From assembly GCA_963715335.1 (NCBI GenBank), contig CAVQRZ010000009.1:1-64000 (forward strand): a stretch of 64,000 bases of DNA. Reading direction: 5' to 3'. Shown in pieces: positions 47,650 to 57,660 of this stretch. The DNA is from an uncultured delta proteobacterium (lineage in GTDB: Bacteria > Desulfobacterota > Desulfuromonadia > Desulfuromonadales > BM103). Position 1 is the first letter of the stretch, and the number at the start of each line of letters is the position of its first letter. Under the pieces are notes generated by a model. It saw nothing but the letters and a program-made list of their open reading frames with translations, was not told the DNA's origin and made no database searches. The translations under genes and the position numbers were made by a program.

Positions 47650-48813
47650 TCAGGCCCATTTCCTGGCAAGACGCATGACCGGCTTTTCAATGAGCAGGTA
47701 GGAAATCGTCGCCACCAGCAGGGACAGTCCCAGGCTGACGCTGCCAAACACTCCCCACTGCACGCTGATATCTATACCTTGCCCGCTCAGGTAGCGATAA
47801 ACCAGGTTCAGACAGGGCACATGGAACAGGTAGAGGCTGTAGGATATCAGTCCCAACCAGCGCAGGGGAGGACTGTCCAGCAGGCGTTTGGCATGGCGGC
47901 TGAAGGGGATGCAGAGGATCATCAGCGCCAGCAGCAGCGGCACACCGGGAAAACCGTAAGGGCCCGACGGCAATTGCAGGAACTCTTCCCAGCCGGTCAG
48001 GATCAGCACCAGCGCCCCGCCAAACAAACCCCATACGCCGATTTCGCAAAGCCACTGGAATTTTTTCTGTATCATCGATGCCTTTCGCTCCCGGATCCGC
48101 AGGTAGAGATACCCGGCCACAAGCCCCAGCAGGAACAGCGGCAGCTGCCCGGCAAGGGAATGGTAAAGAACGGCACCATTGGGTCGCAGCCAGATCAACC
48201 AGGGATTGGACGGCCAGAAGACCATCGCGTCAACTGTGCGCATCAGCCAGAAATGCAGCAGGTAGGCGGCCATGGCCATGGTCAGTATCAAAAGCACCCC
48301 TTTGCGGACCGACAGCTTGCGAATCAGCAGAAAGATCAACGGCAGCAGGAGGTAGAATTGCATCTCGACGGCGATGGTCCAGAATACCGGGTTGATGCTG
48401 AAGATGCTGAACTCGGCGAAATTGAACAGAAAGGTGTAATGCAGGGCGATATCGGCGCCCGCCCCGGGTACGCGCCAGAGGCCATCCATGTAGAGCAACA
48501 GGGTCAGGGCAACATAATAGGCCGGCAGAATTCTCGCCAGCCTCCTGACCGTATATTTCTTCAGGTCAGGCAACTTCTGGTTATCGGCCTTGGCCTGCCA
48601 GAACAGAACACTGAGCAGCAGCCCGCTCAAGGTGAAGAAAACCGAGACGCCGCGCTCGCCGTTGGCCAACAGGGTGGCTACGTCGACCGGCCCGATGAAC
48701 ATGTCGAACTGGACGTTCTGGTTGAGATGCACCCCGAAAACCGCCAGTGCGGCAAGGCCCCGCAGACCATCCAGGCCGCCGATGTGTTTGATCGAACTTC
48801 GTGAGCCCATCAT
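47650..48813 (-). CDS. Acyltransferase-3 (OafA-like) membrane O-acyltransferase
   Basis: LDGLRGLAALAV, GVSVFFTLSG, RRLARILPAYY, WTIAVEMQFYL, GLISYSLYLFH, SYLLIEKP. Confidence 0.92.
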   Translation of the reverse strand: MMGSRSSIKHIGGLDGLRGLAALAVFGVHLNQNVQFDMFIGPVDVATLLANGERGVSVFFTLSGLLLSVLFWQAKADNQKLPDLKKYTVRRLARILPAYYVALTLLLYMDGLWRVPGAGADIALHYTFLFNFAEFSIFSINPVFWTIAVEMQFYLLLPLIFLLIRKLSVRKGVLLILTMAMAAYLLHFWLMRTVDAMVFWPSNPWLIWLRPNGAVLYHSLAGQLPLFLLGLVAGYLYLRIRERKASMIQKKFQWLCEIGVWGLFGGALVLILTGWEEFLQLPSGPYGFPGVPLLLALMILCIPFSRHAKRLLDSPPLRWLGLISYSLYLFHVPCLNLVYRYLSGQGIDISVQWGVFGSVSLGLSLLVATISYLLIEKPVMRLARKWA

Positions 48814-49674
48814 AGTTACCCGTCAGATTACATCGATAAGATACCTCAATATAAGCCTCTCGGACGTTGGGGTCAAAGTGGATGAAATCTTTATTTGTAC
48901 TCTTAGTTTGACGATCAGGAAGAGGGGTAGGGTGTAGTAGCTTCTTGTGGTGGTCTAGACACAAACTGATGACCAGGATCTCTCAGCTATAAATGTTATA
49001 ATATCATATATATATCAATTACTTATGTTTGACAATTAATGTTTTAAATTAGGTATATAGTCCAGGGGATGGTGAATAAAAAATTATCAAAATGCCGAAA
49101 AGAGCAGTGTCCTTCACAAGGAGACGATCGCGGAATGAAGGCACTGTCAAAGTATGGCACGCTCTGAATGAATGTTCAAAAAAACACCGCAGCACTAACG
49201 GCCAGGCACAGTTGAGTAGAAAGGGCAGTTCGGTCAGAATCGCAATGCTTATCGAGATGATGAAATCGTGGTGCAATAGTGCAGAGCGGACTGATCCTGT
49301 GGTTGTCATTCTTTAAGGAGAGCCTTTGGTTATCAAGATTGGCTGAGGGTTACAACTGATTTACGGATCTTGCAGACATCTATGGATACTCACATCAACG
49401 TCAAATCCTGAATTACCTGTATGTGCAACTTGATGGAACTCTTGATGCTTATATGAAAGAGGTTTGAAATTAGATATTTTGCTGGCGCTGAAATTTGCCC
49501 TCTAAGCTGCGATCTCTATCCGGCGAAGGGGAAAGTATGGACATGATGGGAGTCGTTTGGCCTTTTTTTTGATCCAGGGCAGCATGAAGGGTTGATACCG
49601 ACTTTTATCACTTTCTATGCGCAGATTCAATTTTGGTCTTTGCCTATACGACTCATGCGTTTTCCATCCCCATA

Positions 49675-49702
49675 AGTTTACATAATATATATTATGCGAC
49701 GT
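49675..49702 (-). other. dif: dif site (XerCD chromosome dimer resolution)
   Basis: Reverse complement ACGTCGCATAA-TATATA-TTATGTAAACT matches the 11-6-11 dif layout (E. coli GGTGCGCATAA-TGTATA-TTATGTTAAAT); intergenic, AT-rich, at the gene-orientation switch. Confidence 0.9.
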
Positions 49703-50250
49703 TATGTGTAGATATGGCCGGAAATAGACAAAACATGATCGCCCTCTTCTTGAGCAGTCGATGAAGCAATAGCAGCCAGATCTGGACAACTGACTTGAGT
49801 CGACAACATCTCTTGATCCTGTTCGGAATCAAAAATAAACGAAAAAAGCTATAAAAAGACCATGCTTTGCCCTTCTGCAGATAAAGATCGTGGCTTGGAG
49901 GGCAAATTTGGACGTTAACCAAACTTCCACCTCTAATCTCCTTCATGCATGCAGCTTGAACTTCATCAGGCTCACCCTCTTCTATATATCCTCCAGGAGC
50001 ACATCGTTTAACTAAACGGTCTGTGTCTACCGGTAAATAGTTAAATTGACAGACATTGTCGAGCTTGGTCTTTGATCTTTTGAAAGAGGATGACAAGTCC
50101 AGTAACAGATAATGTCACATTGAATATCTTTGAAAAAGAACGTTTTATGATGGAAGTATTGCATATAAAGCTATGTATTCTGGTTATTTAGAATCTTATA
50201 GTTAAATTGAATTCGAGCAATATTGAGTTCACTGAAAGGTCGAGCTGAAC

Positions 50251-52362
50251 CTAGCATTTAACCACCAGCAGAGTGAGGTCGTCTTGCAGCGCCAGTGCAC
50301 CGCGGAAGCGGTTTTCCGCCGCAAGCACAGCGGAGAGAATATCTTCTGCTGATCCGGTCGCGTTGTTCGCCACGACCTCCTGCAGGCGTTCGATGCCGAA
50401 CATCTGGCCGTCGGCAGCGCGGGACTCCCAGATACCGTCAGTGCCGATCAACAGGATATCGCCGGTCTCAACCAGGTTCGGTCCCGAGCAGCCGAATTCG
50501 GCATCGGCGAGGATGCCGAGCGGAATGCCGGTGCTTGCCAACTCCTCAAATTGTCTGGTGCGCCAGTGATAATGAAAAGCAGGCCCGTGACCGGCTGAAA
50601 CCCAGCTGAAGGTTCTGGCCTCGGCATCCAGAATGCCGTAGAAAAGGGTCATGAACAGGTTGTCCGCGGTGTCCAGCTCGAGGTGGCGGTTCAGATCGGC
50701 AAGCAGGCCCCCTGGGTTTTGCAGGTCGGGCGTGGTCTGCGAGCGTAGAACGCTTCGGGCGGCAGCCATCAGCAGCGTCGAGCCGATGCCGTGACCGGTG
50801 ACATCGCCGACCACCACGGCCAGGCGCCGGCTGTCGATGGTGATGTAATCAAAGTAGTCGCCGCCGGTTTCGTCACAGTAGAAAGTTTTGCCGGCGATAT
50901 CGAACCCCTGCAGGAATGGGGCGGCCTCTGGCAGGAGCCGTTGCTGGATCTCCCTGGCGGCCAGTAACGACCGCTTCATCGTTTCGCGCTCCTGCAGATG
51001 AGGACCGACATCATTAAAGGCATCCCCCAGGGACTGCAGTTCGTCGCCGGTGTCGATCTGGACCTTGACCGAGTAGTCCCCTTCCGCAAGCCGGCTGGCC
51101 GCCTTGGCCAGCACCTTGATCGGCCGGGTAACGATCCGGGCGCGAAAGTATGCCGTCAGGACCACCCAGACAAACACGACCAGCAGCAGCAGGCTGCTGA
51201 TTTCAAGGGCCGAGACAATCTTGTCGCGCAGATAGTTCTCGACCTTGACCGATGGCGCATACAACAGGCTCACAGGAACGATGACCAGTGGAAACGGTTC
51301 CCCGGCGATTGCCGAACTGTAGGCGACCAGGCTGTCTTCTCCTCGCCAGCGCATCGCCCGGACCCCGCTCCGCCCGGCCAGGATATCCTGTTGCAGGGCA
51401 AGCAGGGGCTCCTGGTCGGGGGACTCAAAAGCTAGTTGCTCCGGCGGCCGCTGCCAGTCGGCGCTGGCACTCTGTTGATGGGCTCGTAACAGGATCTCAA
51501 CGGTGACTTTGCCGGAGGGGTCCGGGCGGAGCGTCGCAACCAGCGTTTCTGATGCCTCACGCCAGTTTTCGGGGATTTCCCAGTCGGCGAAGAACTGTTC
51601 GTAGGCGACATCGATGGCGGTGACGCCGGCAAAACTCCCGTCCGGCCGATACACCGGCTGAGACAGGGTCAGAATCGGCTTACCGGTTGTGGCGTCGGTG
51701 ACCACCTTGCGAACCTGGGCGCGATCCTGCCGGGCTTCGAGATACCAGCTGCGCTTACGCGGGTCATAGTCGGCCGGGTATCCGCCATGCCCCGGGTAGC
51801 TGCTGTGAATGCCGGTTTCCAGTGCGGTGTACTGCCAGTAAAAGAGCTCGGGACGAATCTGGTTGATCTGTCGGTAAACCTCGGTCAGGTGCGAGATCCG
51901 CGCCAGGTCGGCGTTGAGCTGTTGGTTGGGCTTTTCCGTCAGCAGCACGACCTGTTCCTGGTAGCTGATCAGCATTGGCTCAAAGGTGCCTGTCTGGGCA
52001 AGGCGTAAATGCCACTTGGACGGCTGCAAGCCGGGCGGCTCCGGGTCGAGGCGGTCATAGCTGGCAGCCAGGTAAACCGGAGCACTTTCGGCTGGCTGCG
52101 CCGCGAGTAATTGTTCAACTTCGCGGACCTGTGAGGTCAAAGCCAGCTGCAGGGTCTGTTGATCGCGCTGCAGAATCCGTCGGAAATCTGAGACTTTGCT
52201 GAGCAGAATCTGTTGGGCCGAGTCCTCGAGCAGGAGGCGGATGTCGCTCGTCAGCCGGTTGCCGAGGCGCTGCAGGACGTACTGGTTCAGCATGGCACTC
52301 AAGCCAAGTGGAACCAGCGCGATGACCAGGAGCAGGACCAGCAATTTTGCGCGGATTTGCAT
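50251..52362 (-). CDS. Cache-HAMP-SpoIIE (PP2C, RsbU-like) membrane sensor phosphatase
   Basis: YDPRKRSWY Cache motif, TRPIKVL..DELQSLGDAFN HAMP, GGDYFD, VGDVTGHG, GTDGIWE, QDDLTL. Confidence 0.92.
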   Translation of the reverse strand: MQIRAKLLVLLLVIALVPLGLSAMLNQYVLQRLGNRLTSDIRLLLEDSAQQILLSKVSDFRRILQRDQQTLQLALTSQVREVEQLLAAQPAESAPVYLAASYDRLDPEPPGLQPSKWHLRLAQTGTFEPMLISYQEQVVLLTEKPNQQLNADLARISHLTEVYRQINQIRPELFYWQYTALETGIHSSYPGHGGYPADYDPRKRSWYLEARQDRAQVRKVVTDATTGKPILTLSQPVYRPDGSFAGVTAIDVAYEQFFADWEIPENWREASETLVATLRPDPSGKVTVEILLRAHQQSASADWQRPPEQLAFESPDQEPLLALQQDILAGRSGVRAMRWRGEDSLVAYSSAIAGEPFPLVIVPVSLLYAPSVKVENYLRDKIVSALEISSLLLLVVFVWVVLTAYFRARIVTRPIKVLAKAASRLAEGDYSVKVQIDTGDELQSLGDAFNDVGPHLQERETMKRSLLAAREIQQRLLPEAAPFLQGFDIAGKTFYCDETGGDYFDYITIDSRRLAVVVGDVTGHGIGSTLLMAAARSVLRSQTTPDLQNPGGLLADLNRHLELDTADNLFMTLFYGILDAEARTFSWVSAGHGPAFHYHWRTRQFEELASTGIPLGILADAEFGCSGPNLVETGDILLIGTDGIWESRAADGQMFGIERLQEVVANNATGSAEDILSAVLAAENRFRGALALQDDLTLLVVKC

Positions 52363-52506
52363 AACGCCTCGTTTTGCAAATTATAACAGCAGGAGATTGT
52401 TTGCAAAGTCGTCTGCAACTTTTGGAGGTTTCCGAGGATCGACTCTGGGAATTCACAACAGGCAATAAAGAGATATTCAATAAACCGTTATCAGATAACC
52501 TGTAAT

Positions 52507-52534
52507 CGGGGGCACTTGTTTTCAAGTGTCCCCG
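52507..52534. repeat. REP-like palindrome copy 1
   Basis: CGGGGGCACTTG-TTTT-CAAGTGTCCCCG. Confidence 0.85.
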
Positions 52535-52766
52535 GCCCCTCATCGCCCTACTCTGCTGCAATTTTACAGGACATAAAATTGCAATTATTTTTTACCCCCA
52601 CTTGCGGACATACGTTGCTTGCTATATATTACTAAAACAGTCAGGTATGGGCATCAAACATAGTCCCGAAAAACGGGGCTGGTCTGAACATTTGACTCAA
52701 GTTGAATGAAGCAGAGCCCAATTGGACACCCATAACCACAACCTTACAAGCAAGATGGAGAATATT

Positions 52767-53591
52767 ATGTCTTTTCTAACCAGAGTTTGGCGTACCTTGA
52801 TACCCGTGATCCTGCTATCGTTTGCAGTGACACCAGCCATGGCCAATGAGCCCGGCACCCTGCAATGGTACGGTCAGGCCGCGTTTAAAATTACCACCCC
52901 GGGCGGCAAGATTATCGTCATCGATCCGTTCATCACCAAAAATCCGAAAACTCCTGCTGAACTCAAGGATCTCGCCAAGCTCGGCAAGGTCGACCTGATC
53001 CTGGTTACCCACGGTCACGGCGACCATCTTGGCGATACGGGAGAATTAGCCAAGTTGACCGGCGCCAAAGTCGGGGTGAATGCTGACATGGGAAGTACCA
53101 TGGATGTCCTGGGCATCGTGCCGGCGGAGCAGCTGATCCGCTTCAACAAGAGCGGTCCGATCAAGCCTCTCGAGGGCATTACCGTGACGATGGTGCATGC
53201 CGAACACAGCTCGAGCATCGTGCACAGCGATCCGGTGACCAAAGCCAAGAGTGTTCACAACGGCGGTGAGCCGGCTGGCTATATCATTGAACTCGAGAAC
53301 GGTTTCAAGCTCTACCATGCTGGTGATACGGGGATTTTCTCTGACATGCAACTGATCGGGTCCTACTACCAACCGAACCTGGCCCTGTTGCCGATTGGCG
53401 GCCATTTCACCATGGATCCGGCCCACGCCGCCTATGCGGCCAGGGACCTTCTCAAGAGCGGCCATGTCATCCCGATTCATTACGGCACCTTCCCGCCGTT
53501 GAAGGGCACTCCGGAAGAGTTGCAGGAGGCACTTAAAGGAAGTTCCGTCAAGGTGACTGTGATGCAGCCGGGCGATATATTGAAATTCTAA
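52767..53591 (+). CDS. Metallo-beta-lactamase-fold metal-dependent hydrolase (UPF0173-like) with signal peptide
   Basis: IDPF, THGHGDH, AEHSS, YHAGDT, LPIGGHFTM, IPIHYGTF; signal ending TPAMA; RBS GGAG. Confidence 0.88.
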   Translation: MSFLTRVWRTLIPVILLSFAVTPAMANEPGTLQWYGQAAFKITTPGGKIIVIDPFITKNPKTPAELKDLAKLGKVDLILVTHGHGDHLGDTGELAKLTGAKVGVNADMGSTMDVLGIVPAEQLIRFNKSGPIKPLEGITVTMVHAEHSSSIVHSDPVTKAKSVHNGGEPAGYIIELENGFKLYHAGDTGIFSDMQLIGSYYQPNLALLPIGGHFTMDPAHAAYAARDLLKSGHVIPIHYGTFPPLKGTPEELQEALKGSSVKVTVMQPGDILKF

Positions 53592-53622
53592 ACCAACCCG
53601 GTTGCTTCCGCGCCTGTAAGCA

Positions 53623-53652
53623 GAAAAGCCCGGCTGCATAGCCGGGCTTTTC
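53623..53652. terminator. Bidirectional intrinsic terminator between convergent genes
   Basis: GAAAAGCCCGGCT-GCAT-AGCCGGGCTTTTC. Confidence 0.85.
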
Positions 53653-53663
53653 ATTTGCTGTTA

Positions 53664-53691
53664 CGGGGACACTTGTTTTCAAGTGTCCCCG
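53664..53691. repeat. REP-like palindrome copy 2
   Basis: CGGGGACACTTG-TTTT-CAAGTGTCCCCG perfect inverted repeat. Confidence 0.88.
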
Positions 53692-53698
53692 CTTCGAT

Positions 53699-54520
53699 TC
53701 ATCGCCAGGTAATCGGTGGCGTTTTACGCTTGGGGATCCGGTGATAACGAAACTGCGGATAACCGAGCATCATCGCCCCACAGCATTGATGTCCTTCAGG
53801 CAGGTCCAGGGCCTGCTGCAGCGGTGGGAAAGTACTCGCAGCAGCATTAAAGTAACCCGCCCAACAGCCGCCAAGGTCCATGCCGGTTGCGGCCAGCTCC
53901 AGGTAGGTTAAAGCAATCGTGCAGCTGGTCAGGCTGACCTGATCATCTTTGGGTGCATGAGCAACCACCAGCACCGGAGCGCCACGCAGAACAACATCCT
54001 CGCCCTCTTCCAGCCTGCGCAGGGCATTATCAAGGTGGTAGGTCAAAGCGACCTCTTTCATGTTTTCCAGCATCCACCCCATCCACTGGCCAACCCCCCG
54101 GATCAGCTTGTTCAATTCATCACGATCGCTCAGCACCAGCCATGCCACCGTTTGCGTGTTATGTCCGGTCGGTGCAAAACGAGCCGTTTCAATCAGCTTT
54201 TGCACGGTTTCGCGAGGTACTGCTTGATCGCGGTAATTACGAATAGACCGGCGGCCCCGCAAGAACTGTTCACACTGCTCGGCAGATAACGACAGCTCCG
54301 GTTGCATGTCCGGGCACTCGGTTAATGGCATCTCGGCATGCAACAAGCTGCCGGTTTTGCAAACCGCAACGCAATGGCCACAGCGAATACAAAGTTTCTC
54401 CGCCGCATCAATCGGGGTCGGATATTCGCCCCTGGTGAAGGTGATTAGCTTGGCCGGACAAACCGCGCTACAGAAGCCATCTTTGTTGCAGGTTTGCTGG
54501 TCGATTTCGATAAAATTCAC
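53699..54520 (-). CDS. Nitroreductase with N-terminal 4Fe-4S ferredoxin domain
   Basis: CNKDGFCSAVCP, CIRCGHCVAVC, RRSIRNY, APTGHNTQ, LGGCWAG. Confidence 0.9.
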   Translation of the reverse strand: MNFIEIDQQTCNKDGFCSAVCPAKLITFTRGEYPTPIDAAEKLCIRCGHCVAVCKTGSLLHAEMPLTECPDMQPELSLSAEQCEQFLRGRRSIRNYRDQAVPRETVQKLIETARFAPTGHNTQTVAWLVLSDRDELNKLIRGVGQWMGWMLENMKEVALTYHLDNALRRLEEGEDVVLRGAPVLVVAHAPKDDQVSLTSCTIALTYLELAATGMDLGGCWAGYFNAAASTFPPLQQALDLPEGHQCCGAMMLGYPQFRYHRIPKRKTPPITWR

Positions 54521-54640
54521 GGCTTTTCTCCTTAGGCGCTGATTGCCGCAATGACTGGCAGCATAGCTCTTGATAGCTCAGTGGAAAGCTTCTAAGAGGA
54601 ATTGTAGCAATGATGAATACGAAGGGCAAATGACTTACAA

Positions 54641-54665
54641 GGGACACTTGATTTTAAGTGTCCCC
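54641..54665. repeat. REP-like palindrome copy 3 (degenerate)
   Basis: GGGACACTTG-ATTT-TAAGTGTCCCC. Confidence 0.8.
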
Positions 54666-54771
54666 GAATCCTGATCGTCTCACTGTACTCCCTTAAAAGA
54701 ATGTTATCAGAACATTAGAATTGCTATTATGACCCCAGAGTCACACCATCCGTCCTGTCCCGGAGATTGAT

Positions 54772-55173
54772 GTGAACCGCACGGCATTCGAACGACTGGT
54801 TGAAAAAACCCTGGCAACACTACCGACGGAGTACGCCGGCCGGCTGCACAACCTGGTCTTTTTGATCGAAGACTGGGCCGACCCCGCAACTCTTGCCGAG
54901 GTTGCTATCGACGATCCGGCCGAACTGCTCGGCTACTACAACGGCACGCCCTTGACCGAGCGGTCTCATGACCAAATCGATCCAGGACCCGATCGGATCA
55001 CTCTCTACCACGGAGCCATCGAACTGCAAGCCAGGTTGAGCGGGCTACCGATCCGCCAAGTGATCCGCGAAACTCTGTGGCACGAAATCGCCCATTACTT
55101 CGGCTTCAGCGAGGAAGAAATGGACCGTATCGAGGATTTCTGGGCGGATCAAAGTTTTCCGGAATCACGCTAG
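54772..55173 (+). CDS. Zincin-like metallopeptidase family protein
   Basis: LLGYYNGTPLTER, PDRITLY, HEIAHYFG (HExxH). Confidence 0.85.
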   Translation: MNRTAFERLVEKTLATLPTEYAGRLHNLVFLIEDWADPATLAEVAIDDPAELLGYYNGTPLTERSHDQIDPGPDRITLYHGAIELQARLSGLPIRQVIRETLWHEIAHYFGFSEEEMDRIEDFWADQSFPESR

Positions 55174-55254
55174 AGTTGTTGCAACGCGGAGTTTGGGGAC
55201 ACGCAAAATAGAGTGTTTCCTCGCTGGAAAGGCTGGAGTCACACGGCCCGGAAA

Positions 55255-55292
55255 GAAAGAATGCACCATCCAACTGGACGGTGCACTCTTTC
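55255..55292. terminator. Probable terminator between convergent genes
   Basis: GAAAGAATGCACCATCC-AACT-GGACGGTGCACTCTTTC imperfect hairpin. Confidence 0.6.
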
Positions 55293-55316
55293 ATCTCTCA
55301 GGTCGTATCGACGAGA

Positions 55317-55883
55317 TTACATAGGCATAGTGATACTGAATGCACCGAGTATCTCGCCGAGTGAGAAACCAACCGATTGATCTGCAGGGTACATTTCATT
55401 CAGTTTGGTTTTCAGATCGCTTGGTATTTGTTTGCCGTGGCAGGTCAGGCAGGGTTCGCCAACTGGAATGGCCTTCATGTAACGGAAGACTTGTTTCCCG
55501 TCAACAGTCAGAGCCTCATAATGTTCCATTTCTCCAACGGCCTCACCATTCCCCCTTCTCTCCTCAAATGACTGAAGGATTCCTTGCTCCCAATTGTCGG
55601 GGGCATTCTCAGGATTCCTATATTTGAGACTGGTCCTCGCGATTATCAGGTCTCTCCCTCGAGAGAGATTTTCTGCAATCCCAGGGGCTTTTTGGCTGCA
55701 GACGGATACGGCATTCAATGGGCCACCTTGTTTTAGGGAGGAAAGCAATTCGGCTTTGAGTTCGCCGCCAAATTGTTTGATAACCTGCCTGCTCTCGGTT
55801 AGGGGGTTATTCTCAACCGAAAATGCTTCTGTCACCATAAATGCCATTGTCAGAACAATCGCCAAGAGGCTGATTTTGTGCAT
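55317..55883 (-). CDS. DUF3365/Tll0287-like monoheme c-type protein
   Basis: Signal peptide; RTSLKYRNPENAPD.WE, FRYMKAIP, CLTCHG, LGAFSI. Confidence 0.85.
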   Translation of the reverse strand: MHKISLLAIVLTMAFMVTEAFSVENNPLTESRQVIKQFGGELKAELLSSLKQGGPLNAVSVCSQKAPGIAENLSRGRDLIIARTSLKYRNPENAPDNWEQGILQSFEERRGNGEAVGEMEHYEALTVDGKQVFRYMKAIPVGEPCLTCHGKQIPSDLKTKLNEMYPADQSVGFSLGEILGAFSITMPM

Positions 55884-56003
55884 AGCTCCCAACCTTTCAT
55901 TAAAGTAGCGCCTTCAAATCTGAATCCTGATTGATATCGGTAAAAAGAGGGCCGAGTTCCTTGCCGGCGTCGCCCCCCTGACGACTGCTGCGACCATATT
56001 CGA

Positions 56004-57374
56004 CTAGTAACTGACGTTGGTTTGTGCGGCCGCCATTTCGACACTGACAACCGGCGGTAGACGCTGTCCGGTTCGATTGAAAACTTCATCCAGAGAATGC
56101 TGCGTCATGGAACGGTACATGAGCCGCGAGGTAACCTGGTATTCGCCATTGTCGGGCAGCGGGATGCGATAGATTTCACTGTCCTTGCCATTGGCGGGGA
56201 TGCGCCTATCGTAACCGATGCCGTGAGCCAGCCAGCTCTTGCCCGTCAAATGACCCTCGGCATCTTTAAAGAGAACGCGGAAGAAGACCGCGTCCGGGTC
56301 GACGTGGTTTTTGTCGTCGACATGGCCCGAGCTGTAGACTATCTTGCCAGCGCTATCGACCACTTCAACCTGCAGCCACATAATACGAATATAGGTGGTG
56401 CCAGTGGGAATCTTGTGCCCGGCACCAACGTTGTGAACATCGACTGTCAGTTCCAGGGTTCCGTCATCTGTGATGTTATTGGCAAGCTCGATCTCTGCGG
56501 CGGCGCGCAGGAATTCGCGCGACATTTCGGCTTGTTCCTGATTCCCCAGTTCATCCTGAACATAAGAACTGCCGCCAATAAATCCATGGAAGGGAAGGTT
56601 CTCACGCCTTTTGCCCATGAGTGCGGCACGGCCAGGTCTCTTGGTGACACCAGGTGTAGGGGTCATGTGACAATCCTGACAGCGAATGCCCTGTTTGCCA
56701 TATTCGTTGTTCTTCCAGTCATCCCAGGTGTCTATGATGTGGGTCCCGGTCGCGGGATGAATGACCATGTGACAGGAGCCACAGAAGTCTGCTTTGGTAT
56801 GAATCTCGGTAAATTTCACCTCATGATAGAGTGATCGGCCATCACCACGAGGACCTCGTTTTACCGGGCCCGGTTCCGAAATATGACCCATATTGAACAT
56901 CTGCCCGACCCCGGAAACGGTGTGGCAAAAATCGCAGGAGATTCCCCGACGCGATGTGGCATCAAACTGGCTACCATCGGCGGGAGGCAGTAAGCCGGTA
57001 CGTGCCGCAATAGGCGCATGACAGGCGCCACACAAAAGGTCTGTGGCACCGTCCGTTTGCTGATGCGCCAGGATATAGTCGGGTTGATACCACTTGTCCT
57101 CCCAAGCATTGGCATGCATGGACTTTGACCATTCATTATAGATGTCGCGATGACATGATGAGCAGACCTTGGGGTCCTCAAAAGAACCTGGCTCAAATAT
57201 CTGGGGCATAATGTTTTCCGCCACGGCGGAGGGATTTTCCTCAGAGGGCTTCGGTGTCTCGCCAACGGCAACAGCCACAACCGCGTCTTCCTGATCCGGA
57301 GCGGGTGGAACTGCACAGCCCATAAAAAAATTAAAGAGGCATATCGATATCACAAAAGCGATAAAACATTTCAT
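56004..57374 (-). CDS. Pentaheme cytochrome c lipoprotein (cytochrome c554-like)
   Basis: Five CxxCH motifs (CSSCH, CGACH, CDFCH, CGSCH, CQDCH); lipobox FFMGC; NVGAGHKIPTG C-terminal domain. Confidence 0.9.
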   Translation of the reverse strand: MKCFIAFVISICLFNFFMGCAVPPAPDQEDAVVAVAVGETPKPSEENPSAVAENIMPQIFEPGSFEDPKVCSSCHRDIYNEWSKSMHANAWEDKWYQPDYILAHQQTDGATDLLCGACHAPIAARTGLLPPADGSQFDATSRRGISCDFCHTVSGVGQMFNMGHISEPGPVKRGPRGDGRSLYHEVKFTEIHTKADFCGSCHMVIHPATGTHIIDTWDDWKNNEYGKQGIRCQDCHMTPTPGVTKRPGRAALMGKRRENLPFHGFIGGSSYVQDELGNQEQAEMSREFLRAAAEIELANNITDDGTLELTVDVHNVGAGHKIPTGTTYIRIMWLQVEVVDSAGKIVYSSGHVDDKNHVDPDAVFFRVLFKDAEGHLTGKSWLAHGIGYDRRIPANGKDSEIYRIPLPDNGEYQVTSRLMYRSMTQHSLDEVFNRTGQRLPPVVSVEMAAAQTNVSY

Positions 57375-57592
57375 CTGTTCTCCCTTGGGCTACTCTATTA
57401 GATTCAGCTAATATTGAAATATACAGGAGGCCAGTGGATTGTCAAGACAACGAGGGAAGCATTAAAAACGATGGGCGATCCACAAGCACAAGTTCTTTTT
57501 ACAAACCGAAAGAACTCCACCTAAGGCACGTAACCTGGAACCGGCAGTTCAGCCAAAACGGTTGTTAGAATATTATGCGAACGTTGGCCATT

Positions 57593-57655
57593 GGGGACAC
57601 TCAAAAGGGACACTTGTTTTCAAGTGTCCCCGGCTGCTTGAGTGTCCCCGGCTCC
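57593..57655. repeat. Compound REP-like element
   Basis: GGGGACACTCAAAA-GGGACACTTGTTTTCAAGTGTCCCC-GGCTGC-TTGAGTGTCCCCGGCTCC, nested palindromes. Confidence 0.88.
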
Positions 57656-57660
57656 GGCCC

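Noticed and set aside
47779..48804. 341-aa plus-strand ORF and similar long antisense ORFs (e.g. 59149-60207, 19280-20176)
   Set aside because: Shadow frames opposite well-supported genes in GC-rich coding sequence
49049..50096. Short ORFs around dif (49049-49309, 49092-49316, 49502-49789, 49692-50096)
   Set aside because: No recognisable motifs or RBS; two of them overlap the dif site
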